Shown here: piece after piece, positions 1 through 9,707 of the stretch
Position numbering within the stretch: position 1 is the first letter of the stretch
Layout of the letters: every line of letters starts with the position of its first letter
Assembly: GCA_944342015.1 (NCBI GenBank)
Contig: CALVMC010000001.1
Location: 249,241-313,240 of the forward strand
Direction of reading: 5' to 3'
Length of the DNA stretch: 64,000 bases
DNA from: an uncultured Clostridia bacterium
Lineage (GTDB): Bacteria; Bacillota; Clostridia; Christensenellales; CALVMC01
Translations under genes and position numbers: made by a program
Notes under the pieces: model-generated
Databases searched by the model: none
Told to the model about the DNA's origin: nothing
Seen by the model: the letters and a program-made list of their open reading frames with translations, nothing else

Positions 1-375
1 CAAATTGTCTCTTAAAATAATATCTGTTATTTCTCCCTTTCCACTGTTTTCAGATTTTTGCGGACAAGCCAATATATTTTCTATAATACTATTCCATAAA
101 ACTGAATCGTACTTGATTTTTAACTGTTTACATTCAGAATCTATTTTATCAAGTACATAATTCAATTTAGCTGAACTCGAATTTTCAGCTACAAACAATT
201 TCTCCGCTTCAACAATATGTATAAAACATTTTTGCAAAAGTTTGAAAAATTTATCAGTTGAACCAGGCTTTACTAAAAAATATATCGGCAGTCCAATTAA
301 AAGCATACAAATCACAGCAACAAATAAAGCAACACCGAAAACACTTATAAAATCAACAAAACTCTCTAAATCCAT
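1..375 (-). CDS. Hypothetical membrane-anchored protein, 5' part only (runs off window edge)
   Basis: ATG at 375 on the minus strand with a GGAGAG RBS upstream. 125 codons are open to position 1 with no stop. An N-terminal hydrophobic helix (FVDFISVFGVALFVAVICMLLIGLPIYFLV) is followed by a helical soluble part. There is a faint resemblance to LL-H holin-like proteins that I cannot verify. Confidence 0.4.
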   Translation of the reverse strand, partial: MDLESFVDFISVFGVALFVAVICMLLIGLPIYFLVKPGSTDKFFKLLQKCFIHIVEAEKLFVAENSSSAKLNYVLDKIDSECKQLKIKYDSVLWNSIIENILACPQKSENSGKGEITDIILRDNL

Positions 376-572
376 ACAAATCTCTCCATAATTACTAAAT
401 TTTATTATTAATTTAATTATAACATAAAAAACTATAAACCCACCTAAACTTTTAAACCATTAACCGCAACATTATTTTAATTAAATGCGATAATAAAATT
501 TTAAATTTTCCTTTTATTTATTGTTTATAATTTTTCCTTTCCAAATATTTTATTAAGTGTTATAATATTTTT

Positions 573-1616
573 ATGGACGAAAACAACTATTTTGAAAAAC
601 GAAAAATCGAAACATATGATAAGCTCGAAAATCTGCTTGACGATTTACCCTACTTTTGCAGAGAATTTTTTATAGGTATCGAAAACAGTACTTCACCTTT
701 AACAAGACTTAATTACGCATACGATCTCAGAATATTTTTTGATTTCTTATTCAAAAAAGTACCGTATTTCAAAAAAAGAAATGTCGATGAGCTCGTTATA
801 ACAGATCTCAATAACGTTACGGTTACAGACCTTGAATATTTCATGTCCTATCTTAATAATTATACCTTTAAAGGAAATCATTATACCAATTCGGAAAAAG
901 CCAAACTTAGAAAAATTTCTACCGTGAGAAGTTTTTTTAAATATTTTTTTAATAAAGAAAAATTAATCTCAAATGTTGCAAGCAAAGTTATCACCCCTAA
1001 ACTTCACGATAAAGAAATTATAAGACTCGAAGTAAACGAAGTTGCAAAAATGATCAACGAAGCAGTAACCGGCGATAATTTTCAATCCAAGCGTGCCAAA
1101 AGTTATCATAACATAACAGCTGTCAGAGATACTGCTATACTTACTTTATTTTTAGGAACCGGTATCCGTATCAGTGAACTTGTAGGATTAAATATAGAAG
1201 ATATTGATTTTAATAACAACGCCTTTGTAGTAACGAGAAAAGGCGGAAATAAAACTATATTATATTTTTCCGATGAAGTTGCAAGTTATCTGAAAGCTTA
1301 TATGGAAGAAAGACTCGAAGAACAAACTTCTGACAGAGCCTTGTTTTTATCAATACAGAAAAAAAGAATAAGCGTCAGGGCTTTGGAAATTTTGGTAAAA
1401 AAATACGCCAAGCTTATAGTTCCGTTAAAGAAAATAACACCCCACAAACTACGCAGTACTTACGGAACGAATTTATACAGAGAAACCGGAGATATTTACA
1501 TAGTTGCAGAAGTCTTAGGTCATAAAGATATCAATACTACCAAAAAACATTATGCCGCAACCAGCGATGAACTTAAACGACTTGCAGCGTCAAAAGTTAA
1601 ACTTGTTGACGATTAA
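573..1616 (+). CDS. Tyrosine site-specific recombinase, XerC/XerD family
   Basis: 347 aa. The catalytic residues are recognisable: R in GTGIRISEL, H-x-x-R in PHKLRST, H in LGHKDINTT, Y in KKHY. The N-terminal region looks like a core-binding (SAM-like) domain. Confidence 0.85.
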   Translation: MDENNYFEKRKIETYDKLENLLDDLPYFCREFFIGIENSTSPLTRLNYAYDLRIFFDFLFKKVPYFKKRNVDELVITDLNNVTVTDLEYFMSYLNNYTFKGNHYTNSEKAKLRKISTVRSFFKYFFNKEKLISNVASKVITPKLHDKEIIRLEVNEVAKMINEAVTGDNFQSKRAKSYHNITAVRDTAILTLFLGTGIRISELVGLNIEDIDFNNNAFVVTRKGGNKTILYFSDEVASYLKAYMEERLEEQTSDRALFLSIQKKRISVRALEILVKKYAKLIVPLKKITPHKLRSTYGTNLYRETGDIYIVAEVLGHKDINTTKKHYAATSDELKRLAASKVKLVDD

Positions 1617-1727
1617 TTAAAAATAGAATCGAGCTTTTCGGTAAAAAATTTAACTTTTATTATTGTATAAATAAATATTATATAATAACGCTTTAATTAT
1701 TTTTACATTATTTATTTTCAACTATTA

Positions 1728-1919
1728 TTAATTATCCCCTAATTTATTATACTCTTCCTCAGTCATAACTTTTATATTTTTCATAACGAGAGTATTATAG
1801 GAATCTTTATCCAAGCATTTCATACAATTATCGCAAATTTTTGTTTCGTCTAAATCGCATTTATAACAGTTTTGACAGTTATCGCATAATTTATTTTTAT
1901 TTAAAATACACTTTTTCAT
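1728..1919 (-). CDS. Small Cys-rich protein (63 aa, 8 Cys in two duplicated C-x7-C-x2-C-x2-C modules), unknown function
   Basis: ATG preceded by GGAAGGGA. The sequence contains two modules, CILNKNKLCDNCQNC and CDLDETKICDNCMKC. No TM segment. Divergent from lexA. Confidence 0.5.
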   Translation of the reverse strand: MKKCILNKNKLCDNCQNCYKCDLDETKICDNCMKCLDKDSYNTLVMKNIKVMTEEEYNKLGDN

Positions 1920-2230
1920 TCAAATCCCTTCCACTACCCTATTACGGTAATTTATTAAATTAAATTATATTTTATTAATTCTGCATTTAATTGAATATGA
2001 TTTATAATTAATAGTTCAGTTAATATTTAATTGTTATTACGAAATATATTATAACATTTATAAACTTAAATAGTTATTTTTTTATTAAATTTTTTACTTA
2101 ATATAAATTTGTAAATTTAAAAATTTAACTGTTTTTTAAATTTATTCAGTTTTTTTTATTGAAAAACCTATTTATTTTTGATTATTTTGTAGAATTTTAA
2201 AATATTTAAAATAATATTCTAAATAAAATG

Positions 2231-2244
2231 CGAACTTTTGTTTA
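2231..2244 (+). promoter_or_regulatory. LexA operator (Cheo/SOS box, Gram-positive type)
   Basis: CGAACTTTTGTTTA matches CGAAC-N4-GTTYG in 5+4 positions. It overlaps the -35 element of the lexA promoter and lies 55 nt upstream of the lexA ATG. Confidence 0.6.
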
Positions 2245-2269
2245 CAAAATCTTTTCATTATGCTAAAAT
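2241..2269 (+). promoter_or_regulatory. Sigma-A type promoter of lexA
   Basis: TTTACA (2241-2246), 17-nt spacer, TAAAAT (2264-2269), with a TGn extended -10 at 2261-2263. GAGGT RBS at 2276-2280. Confidence 0.6.
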
Positions 2270-2285
2270 TGTAATGAGGTAAACT

Positions 2286-2903
2286 ATGCAAAAAAGAACA
2301 AGTAAAAAATTAGATGAACTTTTAGATTTTTTAACTCGATTTCAAAATGAAAACGGATACCCTCCGTCGATAAGAGAAATTTGCTCGGAATTAAATTACA
2401 AGTCTACGGCAACTGCCAGCTATTATATGAGCATGCTCGAAAATGTCGGTCAAATCAGAAAGGCGAAAAACAGAAGCAGAGCCATTGAAGTTATTACCGA
2501 CGAAGAGCAATCTCAAAATAACAATATTAATGTTCCTTTGGTCGGAAACGTTACAGCCGGCACCCCTATACTTGCAGTTGAAAATTACGAAACTACATTT
2601 TCCATTCCTGAAAATTTATTTAAACATTCAAGTGATTTATTTATGCTTAATGTTCGTGGCGAAAGTATGATTGATGCAGGAATAAATGACGGAGATATTA
2701 TAGTTGTTAACAAACAAAGTACAGCAAATAACGGCGATATAGTTGTAGCAATGTTTGAAGGAAACGCAACCGTTAAAAGATTTTTTAAGGAAAATGGTTA
2801 TTTTAGATTACAACCGGAAAATAAATCAATGACCAGCATTATAGTAAATGACGAACTCTCGATTTTAGGAAAAGTTGTAGGTCTTATCAGAAATATTAAA
2901 TAA
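2286..2903 (+). CDS. lexA: LexA transcriptional repressor (SOS regulator)
   Basis: 205 aa. N-terminal winged-helix region (GYPPSIREIC). Ala-Gly self-cleavage site (VTAGTP). Ser (RGESM) and Lys (VKRF) of the S24 peptidase dyad. Confidence 0.95.
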   Translation: MQKRTSKKLDELLDFLTRFQNENGYPPSIREICSELNYKSTATASYYMSMLENVGQIRKAKNRSRAIEVITDEEQSQNNNINVPLVGNVTAGTPILAVENYETTFSIPENLFKHSSDLFMLNVRGESMIDAGINDGDIIVVNKQSTANNGDIVVAMFEGNATVKRFFKENGYFRLQPENKSMTSIIVNDELSILGKVVGLIRNIK

Positions 2904-2922
2904 ATATTCTAAAATTTTTATG

Positions 2923-4158
2923 TCAAATCAAGTTCTTTAAAATTTCTTCGATAACAATTTTAGCGTGTTCATATGTCAAAGCACCCTGTATATGGACAAT
3001 GTAAGGCTCTCTTACAGGAGCATCGGCGGACAATTCTATAGAAGCCCCCTGGATAAAAGTCCCAGCCGCCATAATTACCTTATCGGAATATCCGGGCATA
3101 TCCCAAGGTTCCGGAGAAAGGTTTGAATCTATCGGTGAAAATTTTTGAACTGTTTTGCAAAAATCAATAAGCAATTTTTCATCGTTTAATTTTATACTTC
3201 TTATCATATCAAAATCTTGACAGTTCTTTTTAGGCAATGTTTCGTAACCTAATTTTTCAAAAACTTCACCAAAAAGCAATGCAGATTTTATTGCCCCTGA
3301 TACTACATGCGGAGCCATAAAAAGCCCTTGTAAAATCTGAGTATAGCCAAAAGCATATGAGCCTACTTCCATACCGATTGAAGGCGCCGTAATTCTGCCT
3401 GCAACAAGTTTTATTAAATTATCTTTACCTGCGATATACCCACCTGTTGGCGCAAGACCTCCACCCGGATTTTTGTTGAGCGAACCTACTATCAAATCAA
3501 CGCCGCAATCGGAAGGTTCTTTTGTTTCGACAAATTCTCCGTAACAATTGTCTACCATAATTATAGTTTCAGGACTTATTGATTTAATAAATTTTACTGC
3601 ATTTTCTATAAGTTTTAACGATACCGCTTCCCTCCACTCATAGCCTCTTGATCGACCGATAAAAACTAATTTTATAAAATGTTTTTTTAAATTTTTTTCT
3701 ATTTCTTTATAGTCAAAATCGATATTTTCATTTTCTATTTTAATATCGGTTTCCAAATAATTGATTTTAAAATCTTTTAACGAACCGTTTGAAGTTCCGG
3801 ATATCACCTCGGAAAGCGTATCGTAGGGCTTACCGCTAATTGAATACAAATAATCTTCCGGTCTTAATATACCAAACAACGCAGCGCTCAAAGCAGCGGT
3901 ACCGGACGCTATTAATGGCGATACGATAGCGTTTTCCGTATGAAATATTTCGGAAAAAATCTTGGAAAGAGCCAACCTTCCCTCATCGTCGTATCCGTAA
4001 CCGGTAGTAGGAATAAAATGTCTTTGTGATATGTTATTTTTTCTAAAAGCCTCTAAAACTTTTTTCTGATTAAATAAAGCAATTTCATTTACTTCTTTGA
4101 ATTTTTGAGATAAGTTTTGCTCACAATCGTCAATAAATTTAGCAATATTATTTATCAT
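2923..4158 (-). CDS. PLP-dependent methionine gamma-lyase family protein (YnbB / aluminium-resistance family)
   Basis: 411 aa. Has the GYGYDDEGR and SLNKNPGGGLAPTGGYIAG motifs typical of the YnbB family. The position downstream of miaA is conserved in Firmicutes. Confidence 0.8.
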   Translation of the reverse strand: MINNIAKFIDDCEQNLSQKFKEVNEIALFNQKKVLEAFRKNNISQRHFIPTTGYGYDDEGRLALSKIFSEIFHTENAIVSPLIASGTAALSAALFGILRPEDYLYSISGKPYDTLSEVISGTSNGSLKDFKINYLETDIKIENENIDFDYKEIEKNLKKHFIKLVFIGRSRGYEWREAVSLKLIENAVKFIKSISPETIIMVDNCYGEFVETKEPSDCGVDLIVGSLNKNPGGGLAPTGGYIAGKDNLIKLVAGRITAPSIGMEVGSYAFGYTQILQGLFMAPHVVSGAIKSALLFGEVFEKLGYETLPKKNCQDFDMIRSIKLNDEKLLIDFCKTVQKFSPIDSNLSPEPWDMPGYSDKVIMAAGTFIQGASIELSADAPVREPYIVHIQGALTYEHAKIVIEEILKNLI

Positions 4159-4194
4159 TTAAAACCCCGAACTTTTTGTTTTTTATATAAAATA

Positions 4195-5112
4195 TTATTT
4201 TTCAATCAGTCTTTTTTCTATTGTATTTTTCAATGCTTTAAAATCATCGGTCAAACAATCAAAATCGATAGCGTTTTTATATTTTTTAAACCATGTTATT
4301 TGTCTTTTTGCGTAATGGCGTGTATCTAATTTTATTTTTTCTTTTACATCTTCCAAATTACATTCGCCGTTAAAATAATCTTTGAATTCCTTATAGCCGA
4401 TTGCCTGCATACTCTGCTTGTCAAAGTTTAAACCGTCTTTTAATAAGTTTTTAATTTCTTCGACAAGACCCGAAAAAAACATTGCATCTACTCTGTCGTT
4501 AATTCTTTCATAAAGGATACTTCTTTCCATATTACATCTTATCATTATATTATCGGTGCCGATTTCTTTGGAAATAATTTCGTTATGCGACTTTGTTTTT
4601 CCTGAAACATAATAAATTTCAAGTGCCCTTATCACTCTTTTGAAATCATTTTTGTTTATTTTTTCGGCAGAATTCTTATCTATTTCATAAAGTTTTTGAT
4701 ATAATTTTTCATATCCGTACTCTCTGCCTTCCTGTTCGAGTTTATTTCTTATATTTTCATTTTTTTCCGATTTACCGAAAGAAAGCGGATACAAAAGAGC
4801 ATCGACATATAAACCTGTTCCCCCACAGATGATTGCCGATTTGTTTCTGCAGTTTATAGCCTTGATAATTTCCCTTGCCTTTTTAGAATATTCAGCAACC
4901 GAAAAACTTTCAAACGGCTCAATTATATCTATCATATAATGCCGTATACCCTTCGTTTCGTCTTCGGTGATTTTTGCCGTTCCTATGTTCATTTTTTTAT
5001 ATATTTGCATTGAATCACAAGATACTATTTCACAGTCAAAACTTTTTGCTATATCGATTGCTAATGACGATTTACCGCAGGCAGTCGGACCTACAACATA
5101 CAAATTCTTCAT
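4195..5112 (-). CDS. miaA: tRNA dimethylallyltransferase
   Basis: 305 aa. P-loop GPTACGKSS and the typical MiaA layout. Follows mutS-mutL as in other Firmicutes. Confidence 0.93.
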   Translation of the reverse strand: MKNLYVVGPTACGKSSLAIDIAKSFDCEIVSCDSMQIYKKMNIGTAKITEDETKGIRHYMIDIIEPFESFSVAEYSKKAREIIKAINCRNKSAIICGGTGLYVDALLYPLSFGKSEKNENIRNKLEQEGREYGYEKLYQKLYEIDKNSAEKINKNDFKRVIRALEIYYVSGKTKSHNEIISKEIGTDNIMIRCNMERSILYERINDRVDAMFFSGLVEEIKNLLKDGLNFDKQSMQAIGYKEFKDYFNGECNLEDVKEKIKLDTRHYAKRQITWFKKYKNAIDFDCLTDDFKALKNTIEKRLIEK

Positions 5113-5163
5113 TTAAATTCTGCTCTATTTATTAATTAAATTAATCAATAATTTATTAAGTAA

Positions 5164-7077
5164 TTAATAATCCCTTTTGAATAATTTTTCTATATATGAC
5201 TTATCGATTTTTATAACCGCAGGTCTTCCGTGCGGACAAAATAAAGGATATTGAGAATCATTTTTCGTAAATTCGTTAAATAACATCTCTATTTGCTCGC
5301 TGTTTAATGCAGTTTTGCCTTTGATAGAAGATTTACAAGCAATCATTGCCAATTTATCTTTCAGTATCGCTTCTGTGCTTATTTCGGAAAGATTCATACT
5401 GTTAATATTTAATTCCTTAATAAGTTCTTCTATATTTATATCAGACAAAGCTACCGGTATTTTAGAGATTTTATATGTCATTTCTCCAAGATATTCGATT
5501 TCGAAGCCTAATTTATTCATTGTTTTAAAAAATTCGGAAAATGCGATATTATCATAATAAGTAAGATTCAATATATAAGGAACAAGTAACTCTTGCTGAA
5601 TAATCATTTTATTTTTATATTGTTCTTTTAGTTTATCATAAATTATTTTTTCCTGACACGCATGCTGATCAAAAATAAAAATCGACGCTTCTTTTTCCAC
5701 AATAAGATAAGTACCGAAAATCTGACCAATGACTTTTGGTTTTTCACTTAATTCGAACGACGCTTGTTGATATTCTTTTTTTGCTATCTGTTTTTTTATT
5801 TCTATTTCTCTGTTCAAAAGTTCCGCAAGAGTGCTGTCTCCTATATCCTGAAAGGAAACTACCGGATTGCTTTTATGATGAAGAAGTTCATACGGACTTT
5901 TTCGCCTTCTGTCGATTAATCTGTTTTCAAAATTTTCACTATCCTCTTCAAAAAGCAAATTGCTTTTATTATCCGATGAATTCTTGTTTAAGAATCCCGA
6001 ATTGAAATTATTTTTATTTTCCGTTGAAATATTGCTTAATCCTATATTTGTTAAGGTATTCGAATAATCGGAATAATTTATAACGGAATTAGCCGAATTA
6101 TTTCTGAAACAATTTGTAACAGCTCTATAAACAAAAGAAAAAATGCGATTATTATCACGGAATCGGACATCTTTTTTATTCGGGTGCACATTTACATCAA
6201 CATCTTCAAAAGGCATTACCATATCGAACACAAACACAGGATAGCTTCCCTTTGTAAGCCCGTCGCCGTATGCGGAAATTACAGCTTGATTAATTGTATT
6301 ATTAGTAACAACTCTTCCGTTAACTATTAACGTCTGATAAGTTTTATTTGTTTTTGAAAATCCCCTTTTACCCACATAGCCGTTAATTTCGTAGCTATCG
6401 AAAATTTCGCTTAAAGGAAGCAAATTGCTTACAATATCGATAGGATAAACCTTTTTGATAAAATCGTCGAGACCAAATCCGTCGGTAGATATCAATGTCT
6501 TTCCGTCCAGAACATATTTGATAGAGACAAAAGCATTTGCGGTTGCAAGTTTTAATACGGTATTATAAATATCTATTTCTTCCGTGCGCTTTTGACGCAG
6601 AAATTTCAGTCTTGCGGGAGTATTAAAAAACAAATTTTCTACCGTAATCGAAGTTCCTACGGCACATGCGCAAGAAGAACAATCTTCTATTTCGCCTCCC
6701 CGTAAAATTATAGAAGTTCCTACATCGCTACTCTCTGTTCTTGTACGCATTTCAATCATGGATACCGATGCAATACTGGCAAGAGCTTCTCCTCTGAATC
6801 CCATCGTGCTGATTTTATCCAAATCATCGACATTGGAAATTTTACTTGTAGCATGAGGCAAGAATGCAGTCTTTACATCTTCAAATTCGATACCGCACCC
6901 GTTATCGGTGACTTTTATTTTCTTTACACCGTAATTTTCAACTTCCACGGTTATTTTAGATGCTCCGGCATCGATACTGTTTTCAATTAATTCCTTAACT
7001 ATTGAAGAAGGTCTTTCTACGACTTCTCCTGCCGCAATTCTGTTATAAATTCTGCTATCAAGAATATTAATTTTCAT
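5164..7077 (-). CDS. mutL: DNA mismatch repair protein MutL
   Basis: 637 aa. N-terminal GHKL ATPase motifs (IAAGEVVERPSSIVKELIENSIDAG, DNGCGI). C-terminal dimerisation/endonuclease domain (FIFDQHACQEK, CPHGRP). Confidence 0.95.
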   Translation of the reverse strand: MKINILDSRIYNRIAAGEVVERPSSIVKELIENSIDAGASKITVEVENYGVKKIKVTDNGCGIEFEDVKTAFLPHATSKISNVDDLDKISTMGFRGEALASIASVSMIEMRTRTESSDVGTSIILRGGEIEDCSSCACAVGTSITVENLFFNTPARLKFLRQKRTEEIDIYNTVLKLATANAFVSIKYVLDGKTLISTDGFGLDDFIKKVYPIDIVSNLLPLSEIFDSYEINGYVGKRGFSKTNKTYQTLIVNGRVVTNNTINQAVISAYGDGLTKGSYPVFVFDMVMPFEDVDVNVHPNKKDVRFRDNNRIFSFVYRAVTNCFRNNSANSVINYSDYSNTLTNIGLSNISTENKNNFNSGFLNKNSSDNKSNLLFEEDSENFENRLIDRRRKSPYELLHHKSNPVVSFQDIGDSTLAELLNREIEIKKQIAKKEYQQASFELSEKPKVIGQIFGTYLIVEKEASIFIFDQHACQEKIIYDKLKEQYKNKMIIQQELLVPYILNLTYYDNIAFSEFFKTMNKLGFEIEYLGEMTYKISKIPVALSDINIEELIKELNINSMNLSEISTEAILKDKLAMIACKSSIKGKTALNSEQIEMLFNEFTKNDSQYPLFCPHGRPAVIKIDKSYIEKLFKRDY

Positions 7078-7103
7078 AATGCACCGTTAAACCAATAATT
7101 TAA

Positions 7104-9707
7104 TTAATCCTTATATAAATTAACAAGATTTTCCAAAATACCAAGCGCCTGCATAGGAGAACAATTATTTACATTTATCTTGGAAATTGTTTCGATTATT
7201 CTAGTATAATTTTTATTTATCTCTTTTATTGTAACTTCTTCAAAATCGGAATTTTTAGTTTCGAGTTTTTTGCCAACATTGAGTTCGGAATTTTCCAGAC
7301 TTTTTGCCACTTCTTTTGCTCTGTCGACAACGCTTTTAGGCAATCCTGCAAAAGAAGCAACTTCTATACCGAAGCTTTTATTTGCACTGCCTTCCGTTAT
7401 TTTATGAAGAAAAACTATATCGCCGTTAATTTCTTTAACAAGCACCTTGAAATTTTTGATTCCGTTTATTCTTCCTTCGAGTTCTGCCAATTCGTGATAA
7501 TGGGTGGCAAATAAAGTTTTAGATTTAATTTTCGTTGAAATATATTCGCAAACCGACCATGCTATACTTAATCCGTCATAAGTAGATGTCCCCCTGCCTA
7601 TTTCATCAAGAATTACAAGACTGTTTTCGGTAGCATAATTTAAAATTGTAGCAACTTCTATCATTTCCATCATAAATGTACTTATTCCCGATGCTACATC
7701 GTCGCTTGCGCCCACTCTTGTAAAAATTCTATCGGTTATCGGAATTTTTGCAAAATCCGCCGGAACAAAACAGCCTAAATGTCCCATAAAAACTATTAAG
7801 GCTATTTGTCTCATAAAAGTACTTTTCCCGCCCATATTAGGACCTGAAATTATTTGCGTAACTACTTCGCCGCCTAAAACGCAATCGTTCGAAACGAATT
7901 CGTTCAATCCTATGATTTTTTCTATCACCGGATGACGCCCGTTTTTTATTTCAAGTTCTCCTCTTTCAATAATAACAGGTTTCACATAATTATTCTTTGC
8001 CGAAATTGTTGCAAATGAAAGTATCACATCTATCGCAGCTATAACTCCGGAGACCACTTTTAAATCAGAAATATTGGAAAGTAATTTATTTTTCACTTCT
8101 TCAAAAATTTCAATTTCCAACCTTTCGATTTTTTCGTTAGCATCAAGCACTTCCGATTCAAATTGTTTAAGTTCTTCGGTAATATATCTTTCACTGCCTG
8201 AAATGGTTTGACGCCTGATATAATTCAACGGAACAAGTTTTTCAAACTGTTTAGGAATTTCTATAAAATAACCGAAAACTTTATTATACTTGATTTTTAA
8301 ATTTTTGATACCGGATTTTTCCTTTTCGATATCTTCCATTAGCGCAATGGATTTTTTTGAATTTTTCGAAATTTCTTTTAGCCTGTCCAGCTCGCTGTTA
8401 TATCCTTTTCTTATAAACCCTTTGTTGTTTTCTTCTTTGCTTTCGAATTTTTCATTCAAAACTCTTTTAAGAAAGAATGTCAAATCGTCGAATGTAACAA
8501 GATATTTATTGAATTCTTTAAATAAATCAGATTTTAAATCAGAAATGATTTTTTTAATCTCAGGAAGTTTTTCAAGAGTAATTCTGAGTCCGTAACATTC
8601 CGTAGGACTTATTGTTCCATAAGAAATTTTACTTACCAACCTTTCTATATCCCTGAAACCCGTAAAACTGTTTTCAAGGTTTAATCTGCTATCATAATTG
8701 TCGACAAGTTCGCCTACGGCTTCAAGTCTTTGATTAATAAAATCAGGATTTCTCAAAGGCTGATTTATGCACTTGCGCAAATACCTTGCACCCATATGAG
8801 TTCTGGTTTTATCTAAAACCCATAATAATGAGCCTTCGGATTTTCTTTCCCGTATGGTTTCGGTAATTTCAAGATTTCTTCTTGTATTTTTATCGAGTAT
8901 AATATAATCCTCGGAGTTTATATACTTTATGCGGTCAAAGTGTTTTAATGTATTTTTTTGTGTTTCATGAAGATATTCAAGCAATGCGCCCGATGCGCTT
9001 ATGGCAAATCTTTTGTTATCGCATTCAAAACTTTTTAAAGTTGCAACTTCGAATTGCTTTAAAAGTTTTTTTAATGCACTTGAATAATTGAAAGCCCAAT
9101 CGAAATATTTATCGAATTTAACCAGCCTTTTTGTTTTCCTGCTTTCTAAATTTTCACCGGTTCTGAAAGCTTCTTCGTTACAAATAATTTCAGACGGCGA
9201 AATTATGTTCAGCATATCTTCAAGTCTTGCCACCTGTTCCGGACTATATTCGATAGTGTTTAATTCGCCCGTTGAAACATCTGCCCACGCAAGACCTATG
9301 CCGTCTTTAAATACGCCCACAGATGCAATGTAATTGTTTTTTTCCGCATCGAGTTGATTTTCTTCAATCAATGTTCCTTGGGTAATTATTCTTACCACAT
9401 CTCTTTCAACGATTTTGCCTTTTGTAGGAGCGCTTAATTGTTCGCATATGGCTACCTTTTTGCCTTTTTCTACAAGCCGTTTTATGTAAGTGTCGACAGA
9501 ATGAAAAGGAACCCCGCACATCGGGGCTTTTGAACTGAGTCCGCAATCCCGTCCTGTAAGAGTAATATTGAGAATGTTGGAACATTCAACGGCATCATCA
9601 AAAAACATTTCGTAAAAATCTCCTAAACGATACAATATTACCGTATCAGGATATTGTTGTTTAAGTTCTAAATAATGAGCCATCATTGGCGAAATTTTAC
9701 CTTTCAT
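7104..9707 (-). CDS. mutS: DNA mismatch repair protein MutS
   Basis: 867 aa. N-terminal mismatch-binding region (TPMM-like PMMAHY, GDFYEMF). Walker A GPNMGGKST. Also STFMMEM and DEIGRGTSTYDG. Confidence 0.97.
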   Translation of the reverse strand: MKGKISPMMAHYLELKQQYPDTVILYRLGDFYEMFFDDAVECSNILNITLTGRDCGLSSKAPMCGVPFHSVDTYIKRLVEKGKKVAICEQLSAPTKGKIVERDVVRIITQGTLIEENQLDAEKNNYIASVGVFKDGIGLAWADVSTGELNTIEYSPEQVARLEDMLNIISPSEIICNEEAFRTGENLESRKTKRLVKFDKYFDWAFNYSSALKKLLKQFEVATLKSFECDNKRFAISASGALLEYLHETQKNTLKHFDRIKYINSEDYIILDKNTRRNLEITETIRERKSEGSLLWVLDKTRTHMGARYLRKCINQPLRNPDFINQRLEAVGELVDNYDSRLNLENSFTGFRDIERLVSKISYGTISPTECYGLRITLEKLPEIKKIISDLKSDLFKEFNKYLVTFDDLTFFLKRVLNEKFESKEENNKGFIRKGYNSELDRLKEISKNSKKSIALMEDIEKEKSGIKNLKIKYNKVFGYFIEIPKQFEKLVPLNYIRRQTISGSERYITEELKQFESEVLDANEKIERLEIEIFEEVKNKLLSNISDLKVVSGVIAAIDVILSFATISAKNNYVKPVIIERGELEIKNGRHPVIEKIIGLNEFVSNDCVLGGEVVTQIISGPNMGGKSTFMRQIALIVFMGHLGCFVPADFAKIPITDRIFTRVGASDDVASGISTFMMEMIEVATILNYATENSLVILDEIGRGTSTYDGLSIAWSVCEYISTKIKSKTLFATHYHELAELEGRINGIKNFKVLVKEINGDIVFLHKITEGSANKSFGIEVASFAGLPKSVVDRAKEVAKSLENSELNVGKKLETKNSDFEEVTIKEINKNYTRIIETISKINVNNCSPMQALGILENLVNLYKD

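Noticed and set aside
1-1919. Possibility that the Xer-type recombinase, the holin-like membrane protein and the Cys-rich ORF are a prophage or integrative-element remnant
   Set aside because: No phage structural or replication genes, direct repeats or att-like duplications are visible. The recombinase looks like a chromosomal XerC/D-type enzyme. The holin resemblance is weak and the region runs off the window.
1920-2230. Second LexA box serving the divergent Cys-rich gene
   Set aside because: The only GTTC in the spacer (about 2016) has no GAAC 4 nt upstream. CGAAATATATTATAAC (about 2040) fails on both half-sites.
2443-2670. 75-aa alternative-frame ORF inside lexA (a similar case is 36356-36547 inside cinA)
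   Set aside because: Both are nested in frames of well-supported genes, have no RBS, and have implausible composition.
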